Source: Nemertoderma westbladi
Lineage: Eukaryota; Animalia; Xenacoelomorpha
Direction: 5' to 3'
Length of the DNA stretch: 64,000 nt
Assembly: GCA_032718475.1 (NCBI GenBank)
Contig: JAUCBJ010005785.1
Coordinates: forward strand, 1 to 64,000
Shown here: positions 38,101-48,989 of the stretch, in pieces
Layout of the letters: every line of letters begins with the position of its first letter
Numbering within the stretch: the first letter of the stretch is position 1
Notes under the pieces: model-generated
Told to the model about the DNA's origin: nothing
Databases searched by the model: none
Seen by the model: the letters and a program-made list of their open reading frames with translations, nothing else
Made by a program: the position numbers and the translations under genes

Positions 38101-39516
38101 GTAAATTGTCCAAAAAATCAAAACACGGGTCCCGCAAATGTGCCATTTCACCAATCCAGAATTCTCAAAAGCAGGTCACCTTTTCATTTTGCGACATATG
38201 CGATAGGGTAAGGCTATAGGCTAGTCGATACCTGCATACATTTACAGTAGTCATTTTTAGTTATTTCTTAGGTGTTAACTCATTCAGGGTGTAAATGCGT
38301 CATCGTTGCATCGTGGACTAGTCTATCTCAACAACCACAGGCAGAATTCCTGTATTGCGAAAAAGTGTCATTTTCAATATGATTGATTTTGATACCTTGT
38401 GGTTTTGGAATCACTAGGCATAGCACGCAGATTAGGTAAAGTGTACACCGTACAGTTAGGGGAAAGGCGATAATTAAAAATATAGGCTCTATAATGTAAT
38501 ACTTTTGCATTTTGTGGACCATGGTTTGGTTAATCCAAATATATATTAGACAATATTTATTATTAGATTAGAGCATTGTGATCCTTTATCCTTACCCGGA
38601 CAGAGACCCAAAAGTATATTTACCAAATGGTAGAATGAACTAGGGAAAGTGGAAGAATCCCTCAACTCTCCTCGTCCGTATGCCAATTTCATTATCCATC
38701 AATTTATTACACAGGCTGATTTTCCCCGATTGTTGTGTACGGCATTGATCATTTCTTGGTATGTGCAGAACAAATTGTAAAATAAAACAAAAGTAGTGGA
38801 GTGCTTCGTTCGAGGAGGATGACTTTTCTCTATTTTGCCCTGAATATTATTGATAGCTTTACTTTATTTCGCCATCCAATTGGCATGGCACGACAATGTG
38901 CCCATGCAATGTGTCCATGCAGTGACGCCGCGCACTCGCACACTAGTCCATGACTTTCAATTAAGTGGTATCAGAATTATGTGGGAAAGGCACAAATATT
39001 ATTTTCTACAAGCTCCCTTACTACACTAGAAGAAAGGCGGAGAGCTTTTAGCGTTTTAATTGTGTCTACTAAGGTTCCGTTATCTACTGTCGTTACGCTA
39101 GGAGCATAATGTAGGGCTTGGCCTTTAGGCGTTTCTAGTCAGTCCTTAATGCATTCCTTAAAAAAGTTCTAATAAGATGTGGCTCCGCACAATGGGGCCG
39201 TCTCTATAGTAACGGTAGTTGCATTTAGTTACTGGAAATACAATGAAGGACTGTGTTGTATAAGGATGCCGTTACTTATTGTTAGAATACCTTTCACCCT
39301 TTTCTCCACTCGTTTCTGCACATTGGCCCCTATACCATGGGACGGTTGTGGGGACGCGGAGGTGTGTTCAATGGAGGTATGTTTTTGGGCCCCGCTCTCC
39401 AGGGCCAATCTTCCCAATTAATGTTTCCTGTAACAATGGTAAAGTCTCTATGTGTAAGATGGTGGCGTGCCTAGGTCACGGGATCTTAGGCGTAGATGCC
39501 ATATGTGGGAATATAG

Positions 39517-39523
39517 TATAAAG
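39517..39523 (+). promoter_or_regulatory. Candidate TATA box of the Tob gene
   Basis: TATAAAG about 25-30 bp before an initiator-like TAGTCACATT, about 290 bp upstream of the ATG; CArG-like CCATATGTGG at 39499-39508. Confidence 0.4.
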
Positions 39524-39810
39524 GCGCCAACTGCGATCTGTAGTCACATTCTCTTATATTTGGTTAGGATATTAAATACGGTATTTATAGATACTCTAAC
39601 AATAAATATATCAAATAAATTAATTAATATATTTGAAATATACAGCTATAAATTACGGTAAATTTTATATTGAATTTTTACATATCGTAGTTTTTTTTAT
39701 TTTAATAATAAACACAAAAAATATAGAAAGAAGAAACTCCAATTGGCCTAACTGTGTAACTAATCGAACCTACAAACATTGTCGTTTCGGTGTATAAGGA
39801 AGTTAACATT

Positions 39811-41487
39811 ATGCAGATTGAGTTGCAATCGGCGTTAAATTTTTTGATGACCTATCTGTACGATAGGTTGCCCCGACGACGGATTTACCTATTCGCCGAG
39901 GAGTTGGAAAAAAATCTCGTCCAAAAATTCGAAGGCCACTGGTACCCGGATAAACCCAGTAAAGGTTCGGGGTACCGGTGCTTGAAGTTCGGTCTGACTA
40001 ACCTCGACCCCGTGGTCATTGTGTCTGCTAAATCGTGCGGGGTGGACCTCCAGGACATCCGTTCGTTCATTCCGTTGGATCTGTGTATCTGGGTGGACCC
40101 GGGGGAGGTTACCTATCGCGTGGGGGGCGACCGCGCTCCGCTCCAGCTCCTCTACTCGTACGACGGAACCGGCCCCTCCGTCGCCGTCGACCGATCCGAC
40201 TCGCCCGGAAGTTGGTCCGCGAGTCCGGCTAAATCATCCTCGTCCAGCTCCTCCGCCGGTAGCATGGCCGACGGTCTGACCCCCTCCGAAGAGCTCCGCC
40301 CGTGCAGCCCTTCGAACCACCAGCTATTCACCCAGAAACCGGCCTCGCTAACCTTTAGTAGCGACGCTTTCATTGCGACTAAGTTCGGTTCCACTAAAGT
40401 CCGGAATTTCTCATCGGCACCCCAGTTTATGGCGACGCCTTGCGCCGCTCCGGTAGATGTCCATTCTCCGTTGACGAATCAACAACTTCTCTTCCCATTC
40501 CAGGATCGATCCAATCTTCCCCCCATCAACCAGAACCGCCCGACTTTCTTCCCTTCTTCCTCAGAGGATCTCGAAAATTTTCCCCCCAGGGAGCGAGACT
40601 TGCAGCCGATTCAGCCTCCCGTCTCCCGCGACTTTCCCCCTGCTCAGGCCCCAATCTCCCGGGACTTTCCCCCTGCTCAGGCCCCAATCTCCCGGGACTT
40701 TCCCCCTGCTCAGGCCCCTATCTCCCGGGACTTTCCCCCTGCTCAGGCCCCGGTCTGCTACTCACGGCCGGAAGCGGTTACCTTTTCAGCAGACGAATTC
40801 ATATCCACGAAGTTCGGCTCCACCAAATCGCGAAAGAACGCGCGCCGGGCCGACACTTCGGCCATGTCGCAGGATGAGTTCCACGCCTATATGCGTCGTC
40901 ACATCGCCCAGTTGCATAGCAACCGGCAACGCAGTATGTTGGCTGTGGCTGCGGCAAACTGCGCCGCCATGGGAGGTCTACCCGCTTACCAGTTCCCTTA
41001 CTCAATGAACAAAGATATGGTTATGCAAGCTTTATTCGAGCAGATGTATCTCAATAACAAATCCAATGACGTCACAGAAGCTAATAGTATGACGTCATCG
41101 TATGGGGAATCTTGGCCATTGTCATCCTACGGAGATGGGTTCACTTACTCGTCGGAAGGGGGCGTGTTCGGTTCGTTGAAGAACGCTGGAGGCGGTACTA
41201 ACTGCGGTTGGATGGACGTGCCTGCGCCTTCCATGCCATTCGGATCCTCGCCGCACTCGTTCGGTTCCACGCAGCCGTCGTGGCTCGCGCCCCCTCTGGT
41301 CTCGCCGCCCCACCGTGCGGCTCCAGCGGTGGCCCCCACCGGCCCGGTTGGTCTGCTGTCCGCTGGGGGCGCTACCGAAGCACCTGGCTACGGCGCCGGT
41401 CCCGGTCGTCTCACTCGTAACATCTTCGATTCGACGCAGTATGACACCCCGTTGCACCAGTCCATCGCCGCTGTCATCGCGAACTAA
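39811..41487 (+). CDS. TOB: Tob (BTG/Tob family antiproliferative, CCR4-NOT adaptor), single coding exon
   Basis: MQIELQSALNFL..LPRRR..HWYPDKPSKGSGYRC (box A), LCIWVDPGEVTYRVG (box B), Tob-type TKFGSTK motif. ATG at 39811 (track starts at GTG 39790). Confidence 0.93.
   Translation: MQIELQSALNFLMTYLYDRLPRRRIYLFAEELEKNLVQKFEGHWYPDKPSKGSGYRCLKFGLTNLDPVVIVSAKSCGVDLQDIRSFIPLDLCIWVDPGEVTYRVGGDRAPLQLLYSYDGTGPSVAVDRSDSPGSWSASPAKSSSSSSSAGSMADGLTPSEELRPCSPSNHQLFTQKPASLTFSSDAFIATKFGSTKVRNFSSAPQFMATPCAAPVDVHSPLTNQQLLFPFQDRSNLPPINQNRPTFFPSSSEDLENFPPRERDLQPIQPPVSRDFPPAQAPISRDFPPAQAPISRDFPPAQAPISRDFPPAQAPVCYSRPEAVTFSADEFISTKFGSTKSRKNARRADTSAMSQDEFHAYMRRHIAQLHSNRQRSMLAVAAANCAAMGGLPAYQFPYSMNKDMVMQALFEQMYLNNKSNDVTEANSMTSSYGESWPLSSYGDGFTYSSEGGVFGSLKNAGGGTNCGWMDVPAPSMPFGSSPHSFGSTQPSWLAPPLVSPPHRAAPAVAPTGPVGLLSAGGATEAPGYGAGPGRLTRNIFDSTQYDTPLHQSIAAVIAN
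40618..40752 (+). repeat. Coding tandem repeat in Tob, 4 x 33 bp (ISRDFPPAQAP)
   Basis: Near-identical units ATCTCCCGGGACTTTCCCCCTGCTCAGGCCCCA. Confidence 0.9.
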
Positions 41488-42987
41488 ATCTAATTCGGTA
41501 ATTTCGATTGATCATCGTTTATTGTGGGAACTTTAATTTTTTAGCGATTGAAACGTGTTTCGGATTATTTTGCAATAATAATTACAGTAGAAATTATGTA
41601 AGCGGATTAAGGTTTATTATAATATACTTCGTAGCGCCTATAAACGGAATTTTATTTTTTATTTCGAGTTGTTTGTTGAGTCTTTGTGAGTGAGAGTCAT
41701 AAAAAGTGAGATATAATTTTGTATTTTTTACTTGCTATGTAATTATCATGATGTTTTTTTTACTACATCAGTAGTAGGTAAGGTACCATATGAGCAGACC
41801 TGTTTGTCTGTTGTGTTGCAGTTTTTTTATACAGTGTTTATTGTAGGTGCGTATTTTACAATTTGACGACAATATTAATACCGAGTGAGTGGCCAATGAT
41901 GGCCTTGATGTTTTATTGCAATTGTTTAATTCCATGTTGCCTTGCAGTGCCGATCATATCTACAGTGTCAAACACAATATAATTAATTACTCTATTAATG
42001 TTTCCTTATTTACTTGCTATATACTTTATATCACTGTTCCATTTTATATCTTTACAATTGGACTGTTGTGATTCGTATAATCTTTGTTTACATTACATAC
42101 GTTCCTTTGTCTACTTCTATGCAATTTTATAGCTTTTATGTTATTATCTTTAGTTAAAAAAACGGTTTATACTGAAGTTTATCGTTTTCTTACAATCGAG
42201 AAATCCAAAAAAAAAACATTCAAAAATTTCGATTCTGTGTTTCGTGCCCATTCGAATTGTGTCAAGAATCCAATCCAAACATCAAATAATATATATAGCT
42301 AGGGATTAGTTATAAATATACGAAATTTGTTTAATCCGCCGTCCCACAGATATAAATATAGCTGACCAGATATCTATGTGTCACTCTGCTAATGTTTAAG
42401 TTTAAGATTAGGTTCGTTCCCTGAGGTTCCATTACAATATTAATAATTACCAAGTCTAGTAAACCCATTTACTACAGTTTCATAAACCATATACCAACCA
42501 TATCATCAATGTTATAAAAAAATTATAGTTATAATAGAGATCTATTCTACCATAACGTATTAAAAAATATCAAAAAGTTATCGTATCAAAAAGTATCAAA
42601 ATCAAATCGTATCAAAAAGTTGAACTTTTTTTACTATTCTCGGGGCATTTTATTATTATCAGTAAGAGATAATATTGAAAAGTGCCTTACTCAATGTTAA
42701 ATAATTTAGTGTTCTCGAATAGTTTTAACGTAACTAAAGAACCACTTAACAACTAAAACCAATATTGGACATTGAGTTCCGTTTTGAAGTTCGCCTTGCA
42801 GATACTAAAGTTGCAATAACTTTTGAGTTTTGAGTGTGTGAATGGATTTTGCTCAAATTAAGTGCAAAGCTTTTCTACGTCGATGCTCTTTCAACACATG
42901 TAATATAATTTAAGAAATTCCACCAAAAATTTTTTAATTTACTTTTTCACCTGTGTAACACGCTGAGATAACTCACCACCAAATATG

Positions 42988-43412
42988 ACTCCCCAGTCTT
43001 CTCAGCCTAGGCTGAGAACACTCCCCAGTCTTCTCAGCCTAGGCTGAGAACACTCCCCAATTTTCTCCCTAGATTTCTTAATTAACGGAAAGGAGCAGGT
43101 TACAGTAGCGGGCTTTTCTAACCAAAATAATAAACGATAACTCAATAAGGATATAGGTTACAGTTTTATTTTTGCAATATACGAAAATAACACAGGTACG
43201 GATATGAAGTACGAACAAATTATGAATGAGTCATCCTCAGCCTAAGGGGAGTGTTCTCAGCCTAGGATGATATATCTGGGGAGTGTACTCAGCCTAGGCT
43301 GAGACGACTGAGGAGTGTTCTCAGCCTATGCTGAGCTGACTGAGGTGTGTACTCAGCCTATGCTGAGACGACTGAGGAGTGTTCTCAGCCTATGCTGAGA
43401 CGACTGAGGAGT
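42988..43412. repeat. Inverted arrays of about 31-bp units built on palindrome CTCAGCCTAGGCTGAG
   Basis: Two units plus a partial at 42988-43059 and about six in opposite orientation at 43236-43412, around a core holding the dispersed AGGAGCAGGTTACAG repeat. Confidence 0.75.
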
Positions 43413-43935
43413 GAGGTACAGGCAGTTGTAGAATACGTGTCCCCTTTGAGAATAATATAAACTGGAACTGATACGGGGGGGGGGGGGGGGTTCTTGTACA
43501 GCTAAATAAAATACATTATATGTGTTCATGTTCAATGCGGTGAGGTTGGCATCGTCACCCTTGGGAAGGTGGGAATACTACATTTAATATAATAATATAG
43601 AAATCTAAACTAAAGATAACTTATTTCGAAAAAATATCGTTAATTAAAGGCCACAGAAGGCTTGCTAGACCCATCGTAGGGCAAGGGTCTCGGTAATTCT
43701 ATGAAAGAAACTAAAGTGTTGATTATTGTTATCGAAGAGTCTCTGCTTAATTGATCTAAAACGCTTGATGAAATGGTCGGAATTCATTCATGCTACTTAC
43801 AACGATAGTACACATACACAATGCTTTCATGCGTTTAGGCCACAGCGTATTTAAATTCTCCAATAAACGAATTAACTGCAGCATAAATAAATAAAATAGA
43901 TTATTTCGACTAGTGATTCCCCTTATTGTTATTAG

Positions 43936-44077
43936 GATGTTTGAGAATGATGAGGGACTACAGCCTGCTGGTTATGCCTTCCTGCAAGAGTTCCTGAGCA
44001 ACCAAAGTCATCAACCACAACACTACGGCGATAATCTAGAAGGATGTGGGTTGGAAAACGAGACTGCAGTTAGAAAG
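43936..44077 (+). CDS. ZZEF1: ZZEF1-like protein, internal exon A
   Basis: TTAG|G ATG..MFENDEGLQPAGYAFLQEFL..HYGDNLEGCGLENETAVRK|GTGAGT. Joins in phase 0 to AFYLLV at 52698, recalling the ZZEF1 LEGCG..YYQLV segment. Confidence 0.68.
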
Positions 44078-44495
44078 GTGAGTCGTAACTCGTAAAAATT
44101 CTATAAATTCCGTTATTCTTCGTTTATTATCAATAATATACAGTAATGAACTGGACTATTTCTAGAAGCACATCAGTTAACTCTACAAAGCACCTTCAAC
44201 CAACATAACCAACCAGCATTGCACCATAATTAATTAACAAACTATTTAAATACGTAACGAATTAATACAGAACGTGTACAAATCAATTTAGACATCTAAA
44301 ATAAATTGCATTACACTAACTCATATCGAGAATCATATCGCATGGGAATATATCCTGTTAGAAGACAACCATTTCTATTTTACACTGACTTTTACACCAC
44401 ATAATATAGAAATAAAGTAAGACATACGAAATAATTATATAAAATAAATATTATGGCCAATGAAATAAATAATCGTGCAATATAACATTTATCCG

Positions 44496-47400
44496 TCACA
44501 AACTATGGATTCTTCTTCGATTATAAAATGTAGGTAGAATATAGGCAGCAGTCTTGTGGAACCAAATCCGTAAATACGGTAGAACAATATAGGCCAGAAC
44601 GATAAGGAACATGATATTAATGCGAAACAATAACAGCTGTCTGTACTTGGACCATTCCCTTAGGTCGTCTACATAGAGGAATCTATTGCGGTAGTCAGCT
44701 GATAGTTCGAACGGGGATGGTTTGGGGTACAGAGTCTCTAGTAGATCCTTAACAATAGCCTTGACAACATGGGCATCAGCATGGTTGTGGTCGATGTTAT
44801 CGTTTAGGCATATAAACTTCTTCGGTCGTCTACGGATATCGTCCATCTGGTCAATGACCTTGGAGACGTTGCTACGGATCATTTTAAAGGCAACTTGTTC
44901 ATCGTCTGTTGTTTCAAACTTATATTTATTGCGGTTAGTGTAAGAAGTGGATTCGTTTATCTTATTAAGGAGAGGTTCGCATGATTGGAAGACTGCTCTG
45001 GTCACCTGAGGAAGGATTGGGTTGTAGTAGGTCTCCTCGGGTCTATGTGGGTATTCCTCTGGGTTGGTTTTGGTGCAGTTCGATATGATGTACTCCATGT
45101 TGGTCAGACTCCCCATGGTTAGAGGGAATGGGTAAAGTCTAACGGCGAGGACTCTTAACTCCCTGTCGGAAAGTACACCGGAGTCATCAGTGTCGAGGTC
45201 TTCGAAAATTTGAGAGAAATTTAGTTTCACTTTCGCTTCCATTAGGTAGTAATAGTAGGAGAAAGCGAATTGCATATCTTCAGAGTGTCGCAGCTTATGG
45301 GAGGATGTCTTGTGGAATTCCTCGGGGAATGTTTCGTGAAGTTCCTCGACTATATCTCTGTTCGCGAAGTGCGGCATATGTGCGGGAACTGATCGGGCCG
45401 CGTGTCCGAACGCTCGGTTGTACAACGAGTTCACGTAGAGCAAGGAATCACTGAAGCTATCCAGCAGTAACCGACCCCGCCCTCCACGAGTTCTGTACGA
45501 CTCCTTAAGAGCATCGCGTTTATATTTTTCCTCCACCAACGAATCATAAGTTCCCAGTTTCTCCCAAGGCAAACTCCCATAGTTCTCTACTAATTTTGTC
45601 TTCGTTATTTTTTCAACGTAATTTTCACTTAATGATAAAATATCTCTGCTCAATTTACTTTCAGTTTTATAAGAATCGTTAATTAGTGATGTATTTAATG
45701 ATTTACTTACATGATGTGATATGTTTGTATTTAAATTTAATGCACTTAATGATAATGGTATGATAGTCTCACTGTTATTGTTTACATTGAAATTGGAAGT
45801 GATAATTGATTGATATGGTGATAATAATGTGTTAAGGTAACGCGTGTATCCCAAACGAGTTAATTCCTCGTTCGCGTATTTAGTTTGCAGCTGTTTGACG
45901 TGGCGGAGTACCCCGTCGGGTAGACCCCGAGTGTCTAGGTAGTCTGGGAGACCCGAGGGAGCCCCACCCGCGTACAGCGAGCGGTTCACCTTGGGGCCCA
46001 GACTCCCGTCCGGGATGTCCGGGATACTGATGACGTCATCCGCGCCCATCTCCGTCTCCTTGGCGACCAGGAACTCCCCCCGCGAGGTATCGCAGACCAC
46101 GGACCACCTCGTCGCCACGGTTACGTTCCCCGCGTCCGCCGTTACCAGGAAGTCAACCCGAGTGGAGCCGACGTTGGCGTAGAGAACGACTGTCATCGAA
46201 CGGGAGGGAATGTTGACTCCGACGACTCTCACTATATCCCCGTTGCTATCGTAACTCGCTGTTACTACGGTAGCGTTCGCGTCTATGACATCATTGAGAT
46301 CGATGTAGAAGACGCCCCAACCGAGAGGCGCCACTTCCGGTTTCGTGACGTCATTGATGGTGAGTTTGTTTATTAAGTGGAGCTGTGGACCGCAGTCGCC
46401 GGCGTCGTAACCGCAGACCGGGCGGTTGCATGCGGGGTCGCAGTAGCGGTCCGCTACCCAGCCGTCGAAGCACCCGGGCGCGCACATTGAGTCCTCCGAG
46501 TGCGCGCCCGCGTAACCGCCGCGCCCAGGGCGCGCGCCCAGACAGTCGCCGCCGTCGTAGTCGCAACGCGAGCGGTTACAGACGGCATCGCAGTAGCCGT
46601 CGGCGAGCCAAGCCGCTGCGCAGCCCTCGGCGCAACTCGGGACCGGCCACGTCAGATACACGCGCTGCCCGCTGGAGGGCGCTAGGAAGTCGGACGGGCG
46701 GATCGGGGCCCCGAAGAAGACGTCGTCGTTGAGGTAGATGAAGTGGTTGGAGAGGCCGGGGATGCGGTGGAGGTTGGCCTCGATGGCGGGCGAGCTGAAG
46801 GTCGGGAGGTGGGAGCGGTTCGCGAAGATTTCCGCGTGAGTGACCAGGACGACCCGCGGGTGCTCCAGGTTCAACCAGTGCGGGATCTGGCCGTTGGTTA
46901 CCACGTAGACGCGACGCACCCACGGGGCGTAGCGAGCGACCGAGCGTAGCGAGTAGCGGAGTTCCTCGTTGTCCTGGAAGCGGTTGGACTCACTTCGATC
47001 GTCCGTCGGGAGCGCGTCGAGGTCCCAGACTAAACTCGCCGTGTTTATACGTCGGTCCCACTCGTGCGCGGTCACGAACGCGGATAGGTCCTCCGTGCGT
47101 GACGTCACCAAGGCGGCGTTCGCATGGACGATGACGTCAGCAGAGACCGGAAGTCCGTCGGCGCGGAGTCGGTTTCGGACCTGATCGGCCCGAGTCGTTA
47201 CGTTCTCTACGATAAACGCGTGGCTCAGTAGGACGCTGTGAGGCGCTAAATAGTTCGTGGTCACGTATCCCTGAGAGGCGTGCACCGCTGCACCGTTAAT
47301 ATCCACCGGTGAACTCATCGCTTTTAGTAAACTCGATTCCAACGCGAATTCCATGACGGTAATTTGGAATTGGAATTCCCCGGGGACGGTTTTGTTGTAC

Positions 47401-47870
47401 ATAGTCAACGCCGGCATAAACTGTTTGTATTTGAGTTGAAGTTCCGACAGTTTAATGTGGCCGGGGACGGCCGGTTGAAGAATCAGCATGTTTGTTGGGA
47501 TGCAATGCGAATAAGGACAGAGGGAGTCGGTTTGTTCCACTCCGTTCTGCTCGCGTTCCATAACGCGTCGCACTTTACGTAGTTCCACTAGCATCCGCGG
47601 ATCCGACCCGTTGACCCACGTGTAAACAACGTCAACCGGTAACGGACCCCCTATGTCGTCCCATACCGAACGATCAGCTATGTTGTCGCGGTAAACTTGG
47701 ATAATATAATCCCCACTGTTGTTACCCATATGCTGCAAAGATACATGAGATACGGAGAGGAAATACATTGCGGAAAAGGCAAACACAATGATTCCAGCGA
47801 ATATTAAATAAATACTGTAGCGACGAGATAAACATGAGTAGGTGTGTTTTTGTATAAGTTTATGTAGCAT
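44496..47870 (-). CDS. GNPTAB: GlcNAc-1-phosphotransferase alpha/beta precursor, intronless
   Basis: N-terminus MLHKLIQKHTYSCLSRRY plus TM; Stealth CR1 VDVVYTWVNGSD, CR2 RFQDNEELRYSLRS..FIYLNDD; two Notch/LNR repeats; S1P-like site RLLL|DSFSDSL; EF-hand DTDDSGVLSDRE; CR4 KFICLNDNIDH; C-terminal TM. In-frame upstream ATG at 47984. Confidence 0.95.
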   Translation of the reverse strand: MLHKLIQKHTYSCLSRRYSIYLIFAGIIVFAFSAMYFLSVSHVSLQHMGNNSGDYIIQVYRDNIADRSVWDDIGGPLPVDVVYTWVNGSDPRMLVELRKVRRVMEREQNGVEQTDSLCPYSHCIPTNMLILQPAVPGHIKLSELQLKYKQFMPALTMYNKTVPGEFQFQITVMEFALESSLLKAMSSPVDINGAAVHASQGYVTTNYLAPHSVLLSHAFIVENVTTRADQVRNRLRADGLPVSADVIVHANAALVTSRTEDLSAFVTAHEWDRRINTASLVWDLDALPTDDRSESNRFQDNEELRYSLRSVARYAPWVRRVYVVTNGQIPHWLNLEHPRVVLVTHAEIFANRSHLPTFSSPAIEANLHRIPGLSNHFIYLNDDVFFGAPIRPSDFLAPSSGQRVYLTWPVPSCAEGCAAAWLADGYCDAVCNRSRCDYDGGDCLGARPGRGGYAGAHSEDSMCAPGCFDGWVADRYCDPACNRPVCGYDAGDCGPQLHLINKLTINDVTKPEVAPLGWGVFYIDLNDVIDANATVVTASYDSNGDIVRVVGVNIPSRSMTVVLYANVGSTRVDFLVTADAGNVTVATRWSVVCDTSRGEFLVAKETEMGADDVISIPDIPDGSLGPKVNRSLYAGGAPSGLPDYLDTRGLPDGVLRHVKQLQTKYANEELTRLGYTRYLNTLLSPYQSIITSNFNVNNNSETIIPLSLSALNLNTNISHHVSKSLNTSLINDSYKTESKLSRDILSLSENYVEKITKTKLVENYGSLPWEKLGTYDSLVEEKYKRDALKESYRTRGGRGRLLLDSFSDSLLYVNSLYNRAFGHAARSVPAHMPHFANRDIVEELHETFPEEFHKTSSHKLRHSEDMQFAFSYYYYLMEAKVKLNFSQIFEDLDTDDSGVLSDRELRVLAVRLYPFPLTMGSLTNMEYIISNCTKTNPEEYPHRPEETYYNPILPQVTRAVFQSCEPLLNKINESTSYTNRNKYKFETTDDEQVAFKMIRSNVSKVIDQMDDIRRRPKKFICLNDNIDHNHADAHVVKAIVKDLLETLYPKPSPFELSADYRNRFLYVDDLREWSKYRQLLLFRINIMFLIVLAYIVLPYLRIWFHKTAAYILPTFYNRRRIHSL

Positions 47871-48841
47871 ATCGGTTGCAGAGTATCGATGCGAATTTCT
47901 GCTACCGTTACCGCCGCTACCAGTAATTATTTCCCAGCTTGTTAAACAGCGACATCGCTGTTCTATCCAACCGCGAATAAACATGGAGATTACCGGTAGC
48001 TGTGTTCGCTACTGTCTATTCCAGTATTCGGGCAGTCGGATTCGCGTGCTTCAAATCTAAAATTGCCAGACTTCGATGTGTCATTGTCAAACCCAATCCT
48101 GTCTTTATAATAATTATGATGTGTGAAGTACACCAAGTAAGTAAGCCCCTAAGCAGTAAGCACCGGAGTTTGGGACATTATACTGTTATAGGCCTACTGC
48201 ATGCATAGTGCAGTAGTGCATGAAGTTGAAGTACAGGTACCGGCAGACCAGTAGTGCTGGTATTGTGTTGGGTAGGGCGAGATCTACCTAGTTATGCCTA
48301 TTGCAGTATTGAAAAATTATTTACTTTCAATTTCGGTTAGTTTCAGTTATTGGTAATTGATCATTGTTAGTACCAGAATGCGTAATGTTGTAGCTTGTAG
48401 GTAAATCAGTACAAAACTAAATCACCTGTTTTAATGTTTAATCTAAGTGATTTTTACGGTGGAAAATTTGGGTCAATTAATTTTTTTATTTTTTCATTCC
48501 AGCAAATTCTAAATGCTGAAATGATGTTATATTTATATTCTTAAATTGTTACTTTTTCGCTCGAAAATACCCCAAATTCGTGAGAAATTTTCCCTACTGA
48601 AAAAGTAACGAATCTCGAATGGTACTTTGGGGAACACTGAGGCGATACAGGAAATAGGACTTTACATTAATATGCCAACGCGAGCCACGATTGGGCTCGC
48701 GCTGCAATCTCAGTAACTACAAACTAGTAGTACAGATACTGTCACATATCAGCGAATCTTTATATTATTATTGAAATTACACCATGGTTGTGGTAAAATT
48801 GGCAAACATCTCAGTACTTAAAAGTAATAAATAAAGTATAT

Positions 48842-48976
48842 AAAATAAATTAAAATTAATTAAACTAGTTAAGGAGCCTAGTATAGAAAATAAATTAAAA
48901 TTAATTAAACTAGTTAAGGAGCCTAGTATAGAAAATAAATTAAAATTAATTAAACTAGTTAAGGAGCCTAGTATAG
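48842..48976. repeat. Tandem repeat, 3 x 45 bp
   Basis: AAAATAAATTAAAATTAATTAAACTAGTTAAGGAGCCTAGTATAG three times, abutting the LINE fragment. Confidence 0.9.
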
Positions 48977-48989
48977 AAAATCTATCTAC

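Noticed and set aside
40019-47582. Overlapping and antisense ORFs within Tob and GNPTAB
   Set aside because: Shadow ORFs of GC-rich coding sequence.
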